From Thermocrinis minervae (lineage in GTDB: Bacteria > Aquificota > Aquificia > Aquificales > Aquificaceae), in NCBI RefSeq assembly GCF_900142435.1, contig NZ_LT670846.1, forward strand, positions 204,486-228,485: a DNA stretch of 24,000 nucleotides, in the 5' to 3' direction. Made by a program: the position numbers and the translations under genes. Each line of letters opens with the position of its first letter. Position 1 is the stretch's first letter. The notes below the pieces were generated by a model. That model was not told the origin of the DNA and made no database searches. It saw nothing but the letters and a program-made list of their open reading frames with translations. Shown one piece after another: positions 19,287 to 24,000 of the stretch.

Positions 19287-20230
19287 AAGCTTGCCTTCTT
19301 CTCCGTACCTTTATAACCTACCATAGATTTTATAGCTAGAGCGAACTCTCTTATCTCTTTCTGCGCATGTCTGTCTTCTCTCAGGCTTATAAAGTTATCA
19401 AGAGAAATCCTAGGAACGGTCCAATAGAAGCGTGTCTTCATAAATTGAGGAAGAACACCCCGTGCAAGTTCTTTCGCAACCCCAACCTCCACAAGCCTGT
19501 TGTAAAGGTTCAAAGATTCCTTAAGATGTACTTCAATTAGGCTTAAGTATTCTTGTTGATTTTCTATAGGCTCATCCTCGCTAGCCTGCTTGTTGTACTT
19601 TGATTGTACCCTTAGGATGCTTGGTATGTAAAAGCTTATGTTATAAGAAGTGTACCTTCTGCTCACTTCGTTGAAAGACCCAAACCTATGCCTAAACCAC
19701 TGCCTGGCTACAAAAAGAGGACACTCCACCACAAAGGTATAGTAATCCATGTCGGTATCTAACTCTAGGCTGTCCACAAGCCCTATCCATCCTGAAGAGG
19801 TTTCCATACGATTCTTTACAAAAGAGCTATCCAAGGTGTAGTTAGTGTTTTGTATATCCTGATTGGTCAGGAGGGCATAGCACGTGGGAAGCTTTTCTTT
19901 AACAGCTTCAAGCACCACCTGTGGAATAAAATTCACCGCCTTCATAAGGTTGCGTAGGTTCATCCATACGTACCCACCCGAGTAGTAAGCTTGAAACGTA
20001 GGGTTATCTACGGACGATATTAGGTTTAACCACTCTTCTTTTGAACCTTCAAAAGCTATCACCACATGCTCAAAAACGCTGGTATGTCTGTTCTCATAAA
20101 GATACTTAAGTAGAGCCTTATCCCTGTTTACATCCACTTCCTTATCATCCTTAGAGTAGGATACTCTTGCACACCTGACAATCCTTTGATCTGAACCCAT
20201 TATGTATATTTTTCTTGGACTACTCAACAT
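19283..20230 (-). CDS. thyX: Flavin-dependent thymidylate synthase ThyX, unusually long
   Basis: 315 aa with the ThyX signature RHRFGSFNEVSRRY (RHRxxSxxxxSxR), plus ARVSY, FEH and LREDRHAQKEIR. Confidence 0.85.
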   Translation of the reverse strand: MLSSPRKIYIMGSDQRIVRCARVSYSKDDKEVDVNRDKALLKYLYENRHTSVFEHVVIAFEGSKEEWLNLISSVDNPTFQAYYSGGYVWMNLRNLMKAVNFIPQVVLEAVKEKLPTCYALLTNQDIQNTNYTLDSSFVKNRMETSSGWIGLVDSLELDTDMDYYTFVVECPLFVARQWFRHRFGSFNEVSRRYTSYNISFYIPSILRVQSKYNKQASEDEPIENQQEYLSLIEVHLKESLNLYNRLVEVGVAKELARGVLPQFMKTRFYWTVPRISLDNFISLREDRHAQKEIREFALAIKSMVGYKGTEKKASF

Positions 20231-20624
20231 TTTCTATGCTGTAAGAGTAGGAGATATGAGCTTTTTCTTTGAGCATAGCATGAACGCTACAGTACTTTTC
20301 TAAAGACAACTTTATAGCATCCTCTACGGCTTTGGGGTTTATATTCTTGCCTACGATCGTGTAATGTATTTCTATCTTCTCGTAGTACCTTGGATGTTCG
20401 TCTCTTCTTAAACCTAACACATCTATCCTTATGTCCTTGACTTCCTGCCTTTTCTTTTTGAGTATGATGGATACATCCACCCCAGAGCATCCTGCCAAAG
20501 AAACTAGCAGAAGCTCCATAGGTCTGTGTCCCTTTTCTCCGACCAAAAGCTGCCCAAAAGATGTAGAAGCTACGTAGGTGTTCTCCTCTTCGGATAACCG
20601 TAGACTTACCCTTTTGCTTTCCAT
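20220..20624 (-). CDS. OsmC/Ohr-family peroxiredoxin-like protein
   Basis: 134 aa with the two conserved Cys contexts LAGCSGVDV and EKYCSVHAML. Confidence 0.8.
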   Translation of the reverse strand: MESKRVSLRLSEEENTYVASTSFGQLLVGEKGHRPMELLLVSLAGCSGVDVSIILKKKRQEVKDIRIDVLGLRRDEHPRYYEKIEIHYTIVGKNINPKAVEDAIKLSLEKYCSVHAMLKEKAHISYSYSIENVE

Positions 20625-20626
20625 GG

Positions 20627-21076
20627 TCAGACGTTTGTATCGATCAAAAATAGAGGTTGCCCATACTCTACAGTTTCTCCATTCTCTACCAGTATCTTAA
20701 CTACCCTCCCCGCTACGTCGCTCTCTATCTCGTTCATCACCTTTAGGGCTTCTATTATACACAGCACCTGTCCTGGAGAAACTATGTCACCCACTTCTAC
20801 AAAAGGTGGAGCGCCAGGAGATGGTGATCTATAAAAGGTACCCACCAAAGGACTTCTTATAACATGCAGGTTTTTCTCCTCTGTGGGAACAGAAGGAACC
20901 ATCACCTCCAACTGCTTATGTGTTTCCGGTTTAGCAGGCATACTAAACGCCTGAGGTTCTTCAACCTTATAGGTTTCTATTGTTATCTCAAAACCTTCCG
21001 CCTTTAGGGATAACAGCCTTATGTTGCTGTTCTTTACCTCCCTTATCAGCTCCTTTATAAGCTCCTTATCCATCAC
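20627..21076 (-). CDS. accB: Acetyl-CoA carboxylase biotin carboxyl carrier protein
   Basis: 149 aa. The C-terminal biotinyl domain has EALKVMNEI (an EAMKM-type biotinyl-lysine motif) and a Pro/Ala-rich linker. Confidence 0.9.
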   Translation of the reverse strand: MMDKELIKELIREVKNSNIRLLSLKAEGFEITIETYKVEEPQAFSMPAKPETHKQLEVMVPSVPTEEKNLHVIRSPLVGTFYRSPSPGAPPFVEVGDIVSPGQVLCIIEALKVMNEIESDVAGRVVKILVENGETVEYGQPLFLIDTNV

Positions 21077-21642
21077 TTTACCCTTTCCACATAGCTACCA
21101 GTCCTTGTGTCCACACGTACTATATCTCCCTCGTTCACGAAGAAGGGTACCTGTATAACTGCACCTGTTTCAAGCTTAGCAGGTTTACTACCGCCTGCTG
21201 CTGTATCACCTTTAAAAGCAGGTTCTGTTTCTACCACCTTAAGATCTACATGTTTAGGAAGCTCTATACCCACAGGTTGGCCTTTGTAGAGGAACACTAC
21301 AACCGTCATCCCTTCCTTCAGAAACTTGGTCTCTTCCTTTATGTTTTCATAAGGTACAGCTATCATATCGTAGGTGGTTTGGCTTATAAAGTAGTAGTTG
21401 TCACCGTCGTTGTATGAATACTCTGCAAACACCTGTTCAAAGTCTGCGAGTTCTATGGAGTCAGAGGATTTGTAGGTAAGTTCTATGGTGTTTCCCGTCT
21501 GCATGTTTTTGGCCTTTATCCTTACAAAGGCCTGCCCCTTACCCGGCTTAACGTGTTCGTAGTCTAAGACTCTGTACGGTTGCCCGTTATGTTCAATAAA
21601 CATATCTCTTTGAATGCTGTTTATGTCGATTTTCACACCCAT
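21073..21642 (-). CDS. efp: Translation elongation factor P
   Basis: 189 aa with HVKPGKGQAFVRIKAKN (the loop carrying the modified Lys) and a three-domain length. ATGA-type 4-nt overlap with accB. Confidence 0.95.
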   Translation of the reverse strand: MGVKIDINSIQRDMFIEHNGQPYRVLDYEHVKPGKGQAFVRIKAKNMQTGNTIELTYKSSDSIELADFEQVFAEYSYNDGDNYYFISQTTYDMIAVPYENIKEETKFLKEGMTVVVFLYKGQPVGIELPKHVDLKVVETEPAFKGDTAAGGSKPAKLETGAVIQVPFFVNEGDIVRVDTRTGSYVERVK

Positions 21643-21763
21643 GTTTTTATTTTACCATGCATCCCCTATCTTCTTTCTCTTACTTACCTTAATTAATACT
21701 TATAGTGTTTTAGAAGAAGATGATGATAGGCCTTGAGTCCTGTAAACTCAACTTTTTAACAGA

Positions 21764-21831
21764 TCCTTGAAAATCAATCGTTTGGTAATTTGAATTCCAC
21801 ACTCCATATCTAAAGTCTTTGATTCTCAAGG
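21764..21831. repeat. Inverted repeat, unit A: CCTTGAAAATCAA (21765-21777) / TTGATTCTCAAGG (21819-21831), 41-nt spacer enclosing TTCCACA
   Basis: Read directly; 12 of 13 arm positions are complementary. Confidence 0.8.
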
Positions 21832-22024
21832 CTTTTCTGAAATAAAAATTGTACAGTAATTTCCTAGAGTTATGAAACATACTGGAAGTTTTTCACATCT
21901 TGTTGTGTAACTCCTATAAATACGTGAAATTTTTAAATGTACTTTCCTAATGTTATAGTGCAGAATGTGGAAAACTCATATGATCCTTGTGTATCAAAGC
22001 TTAGACCCTGTGAAAATCGTATGG

Positions 22025-22092
22025 TCCTAGAAAATCAACGCTTTGGCGATTTTATTTTCACATCCTGTATCCGAAGCTCTTGATTTTCTAAG
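22025..22092. repeat. Inverted repeat, unit B: CCTAGAAAATCAA (22026-22038) / TTGATTTTCTAAG (22080-22092), 41-nt spacer enclosing TTTTCACA
   Basis: Read directly; 12 of 13 arm positions are complementary. It is a paralogous copy of unit A, about 260 bp downstream. Confidence 0.8.
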
Positions 22093-22170
22093 TTTTTATG
22101 AAGTGAAAATTGTTCAACAAATTCCGAAACTTATAAAACATTCACAGGTTTAGGGTGTTTTCACATTTGA

Positions 22171-22215
22171 GTATGTGGAAAGTGTGAAAAGTATGTGGAA
22201 AAAGTATGTTTATAA
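22171..22215 (+). repeat. Head-to-tail array of four 9-13-bp box units: GTATGTGGAAA | GTGTGAAAA | GTATGTGGAAAAA | GTATGTTTATAA
   Basis: Read directly. Further copies are GTATGTGGAAA at 22244-22254 and GTATGTGAAAA at 22409-22419. Confidence 0.8.
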
Positions 22216-22358
22216 GTTACCGATATTACGATATTTTCTACGAGTATGTGGAAATTGTTCAAGTTATTGAGAGTAAAGTTTTATACGTTTTTACATTATG
22301 TTAACATGGTGTATTTTTAGTGCCTTATTTACAGACATTATAAAATGAGGCGTGAGAA

Positions 22359-22376
22359 TTATGATATATATCATAA
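22359..22376. repeat. Perfect 18-bp AT-rich palindrome TTATGATATATATCATAA
   Basis: Read directly; the reverse complement of the first 9 nt equals the last 9 nt. Confidence 0.9.
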
Positions 22377-22476
22377 ATTGAACCCGTTGCTATTAAGATT
22401 ACAGATAAGTATGTGAAAAAGTTAGAAGATTATGTTAACATGTCGAAGCTATACTTACAGCCTCTGCTATGTCTTT

Positions 22477-23238
22477 TTAGGAACTTAGCTTTATCAATTC
22501 AGCTCCGAGCCCATTCTTGATAAACTCTTTGACGAAGGGTACGCTGGAGTAAAGAATCTCCTCTTTAGTACCTATCTGTACTACTCTTCCCGACTGCAGA
22601 ACCATTATCCTGTCAGATATGGAAAAGGCGCTTACAAGGTCGTGAGTAACCACTATGGAGGTTATTCCCGTTTTTTCTCTTAAGGAGAGAATAAGCTGGT
22701 CTATGAGCCTGCTCGTTATTGGATCAAGGCCGCTTGTCGGTTCGTCGTATATTATAAGTCTTGGATCTGTGGCTATGGCTCTTGCTATTCCTACCCTCTT
22801 CCTCATCCCTCCAGACAGCTCCGAAGGGTACAGGTCAAGTACCTCTTCTCCTAAACCTACAAGCTTTAGCTTCTCAATGGCGAGGTTCCTCAGTTCATCT
22901 TGGTTCCTGTCTGTCTTTTCAAGGTAATAGAAAACTACGTTCTCCCATACTTTTAAGCTGTCGAAGAGAGCAGCACCCTGAAAGACATAGCCTATCTGCT
23001 TTCTTAGTTCATCCAGCTCCACTTTTTTGAGCGAAAGAAGGTCTTTCCCCAGCACCTCTACCTTTCCAGAGGTGGGTTGCCACAATCCTACTATACATTT
23101 GGTTATGGAGGTCTTACCGCTTCCACTACCGCCTACTATGGTGAATATTTCACCTTCTTTCACCTCGAAGGATATATCTTGAAGTATTATCCTCCCGTTT
23201 ATGACCTTGGTTAAGTTCTCTACTTTTACCGCGTACAT
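22477..23238 (-). CDS. ABC transporter ATP-binding protein (MlaF/Ttg2A-like)
   Basis: 253 aa with Walker A GGSGSGKT, Q-loop FQGAALFDSL, signature LSGGMRKRV and Walker B LIIYDEPTSGLD. Confidence 0.85.
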   Translation of the reverse strand: MYAVKVENLTKVINGRIILQDISFEVKEGEIFTIVGGSGSGKTSITKCIVGLWQPTSGKVEVLGKDLLSLKKVELDELRKQIGYVFQGAALFDSLKVWENVVFYYLEKTDRNQDELRNLAIEKLKLVGLGEEVLDLYPSELSGGMRKRVGIARAIATDPRLIIYDEPTSGLDPITSRLIDQLILSLREKTGITSIVVTHDLVSAFSISDRIMVLQSGRVVQIGTKEEILYSSVPFVKEFIKNGLGAELIKLSS

Positions 23239-23445
23239 TCAGCCACCGCCTACTATGTGTACTATCTCTATCCGGTCTCCTTCCTTTAAGAAGACATCTT
23301 CGTACTGAGACTTGGGTACGACTGTCTGGTTTACTGCTATCGCCAGCCCCACGTTCCGTATGGGTATGTTTAAAAACTCCAGAAGACCCTTTATGGATAG
23401 ACCTTGGGGTACTTCTCTTTCTTCGCCGTTTATGTAAACCTTCAT
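23239..23445 (-). CDS. thiS: ThiS/MoaD-family sulfur-carrier protein
   Basis: 68 aa, beta-grasp size, with a C-terminal Gly-Gly end (IVHIVGGG). Its stop codon directly abuts the ABC gene ATG (TGAATG). Confidence 0.75.
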   Translation of the reverse strand: MKVYINGEEREVPQGLSIKGLLEFLNIPIRNVGLAIAVNQTVVPKSQYEDVFLKEGDRIEIVHIVGGG

Positions 23446-23456
23446 AGTTAATTAAT

Positions 23457-24000
23457 TTAGGCTCCGTACTTGGCAAGCCGTAGGGAGTGTGCTAGCATTA
23501 GGTTTATGAGCTTATACGCTGGGAATATGCCAAGCTCTCCCTTTAGAGCTTCCTTTTCTGTAAAGCGCTGGCTAGTTCCACCTAGCACGTAAGGGGACTT
23601 AAGGAGAACCGGGACGGGATGCCAAGAATGACCCTTGAGTACAGAAGGTGTTGAGTGGTCTCCTGTGATTACAAGCACATCGGGGTTGAGGGATAGTATG
23701 GAGGGCAAGGCTTCGTCAAACTCTTCTATAACTCGGACCTTCCCTTTGTAGTTTCCATCCTCTCCGTAAGAGTCTGTTTTCTTGATGTGTAAGAAAAAGT
23801 AATCGTAGTCTTTGTAAAGCTCTTCGAGCTTTTGGAGCTCCTCTTGTATACCGCCCTCTACTTTTACTACCTGCATGCCCACAAGGCTTGCAAGCCCCCT
23901 GTACATGGGATATACAGCTATGGCGCAGGCTCTTAGACCGAACCTTTCCTCAAAGTTCTTTATCTTTGGCTTTTGAGAAAATCCCCTGAGAAGAAGATAA
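23457..24000 (-). CDS. apgM: Cofactor-independent phosphoglycerate mutase, archaeal type (ApgM family); N-terminal part lies beyond the window
   Basis: The ORF-track piece starts at M in MYRGLASLVGMQVV, but the frame stays open to the window end (...LLLRGFSQKPKIKNFEERFGLRACAIAVYP). Further motifs are FFLHIKKTDSYGEDG and VITGDHSTP. Confidence 0.8.
   Translation of the reverse strand, partial: YLLLRGFSQKPKIKNFEERFGLRACAIAVYPMYRGLASLVGMQVVKVEGGIQEELQKLEELYKDYDYFFLHIKKTDSYGEDGNYKGKVRVIEEFDEALPSILSLNPDVLVITGDHSTPSVLKGHSWHPVPVLLKSPYVLGGTSQRFTEKEALKGELGIFPAYKLINLMLAHSLRLAKYGA

Larger units (their letters stand above)
21643..22476. other. Candidate replication origin (oriC-like): AT-rich region with no listed ORF and clustered DnaA-box-like 9-mers
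   Basis: The six-frame ORF track lists no ORF here (shortest listed entries are 60 aa). GC is about 28-30% on the lines I hand-counted. 8/9 matches to TTATCCACA lie at 21889-21897, 21966-21974, 22194-22202 and 22412-22420. 7/9 matches lie at 22009-22017, 22054-22062, 22157-22165, 22174-22182, 22183-22191 and 22247-22255. Confidence 0.5.

Noticed and set aside
19739-20050. Intein inside thyX
   Set aside because: The insert is only about 100 aa. It lacks the C-terminal His-Asn plus nucleophile junction and shows no endonuclease or splicing-block motifs.
21921-21930. parS-like site (tACGTGAAAt)
   Set aside because: Only the central and right half resemble TGTTTCACGTGAAACA. The left half does not match, so it is not a dyad parS.
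21643-22476. CRISPR array or leader in the repeat-rich gap
   Set aside because: The repeats are 9-14 bp at irregular spacing, not 25-40-bp units with uniform spacers. No cas genes are in the window.
21643-22476. Structured non-coding RNA gene (RNase P RNA, tmRNA, 6S, SRP) in the gap
   Set aside because: The region is about 28-30% GC. The one stable RNA in this window, tRNA-Glu, is strongly GC-enriched, as expected for a thermophile. No long GC-rich helices are visible. Short transcripts cannot be excluded from sequence alone.
22477-23238. Orphan MlaF-like ABC ATPase with no adjacent permease or MlaD genes, as a novel system
   Set aside because: Scattered operon components are common in genomes with this kind of gene shuffling. 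Partners probably lie elsewhere, and nothing in the sequence itself is unusual.
23150-23476. 108-aa minus-strand ORF spanning the thiS/ABC junction
   Set aside because: It is an alternative frame across two well-supported genes, with an Arg/Ser-rich low-complexity product.

Overview
This window looks like chromosomal DNA from a hyperthermophilic bacterium of the Aquificae type. That placement is an inference: ordinary bacterial housekeeping genes (lolA, efp, accB, htpX, gyrB) sit beside reverse gyrase, a branched-chain polyamine synthase and tRNA m1A58 methyltransferase. All identifications rest on my own reading of motifs, with no database search. I can support 29 protein-coding genes, two of them cut by the window edges, plus one tRNA-Glu(UUC). 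Genes are tightly packed, with gaps of 0-65 bp or short overlaps. I see no transposase, integrase, cas genes, CRISPR array or recognisable defence or toxin module. The one stretch that genes do not explain is an 834-bp AT-rich gap with no listed ORF at 21643-22476, between efp and an ABC ATPase gene. It holds at least 10 DnaA-box-like 9-mers, a phased tandem array of them and a diverged internal duplication of about 140 bp. Each duplicate has a 13-bp inverted repeat with a 41-nt spacer, and perfect AT-rich palindromes lie to the right. My best reading is a replication origin not linked to dnaA, but this is inference and needs whole-genome skew or marker-frequency data. Secondary observations: (1) gyrB sits 11 nt after a strongly promoted tRNA-Glu, in one co-directional string with reverse gyrase. 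(2) A small membrane protein is translationally coupled to reverse gyrase. (3) A secreted (HKK)n repeat protein is encoded by a 9-bp tandem repeat. (4) rsmG's conserved N-terminus is only reachable from an ATA codon with a perfect SD. (5) ThyX carries an insertion of about 100 aa.
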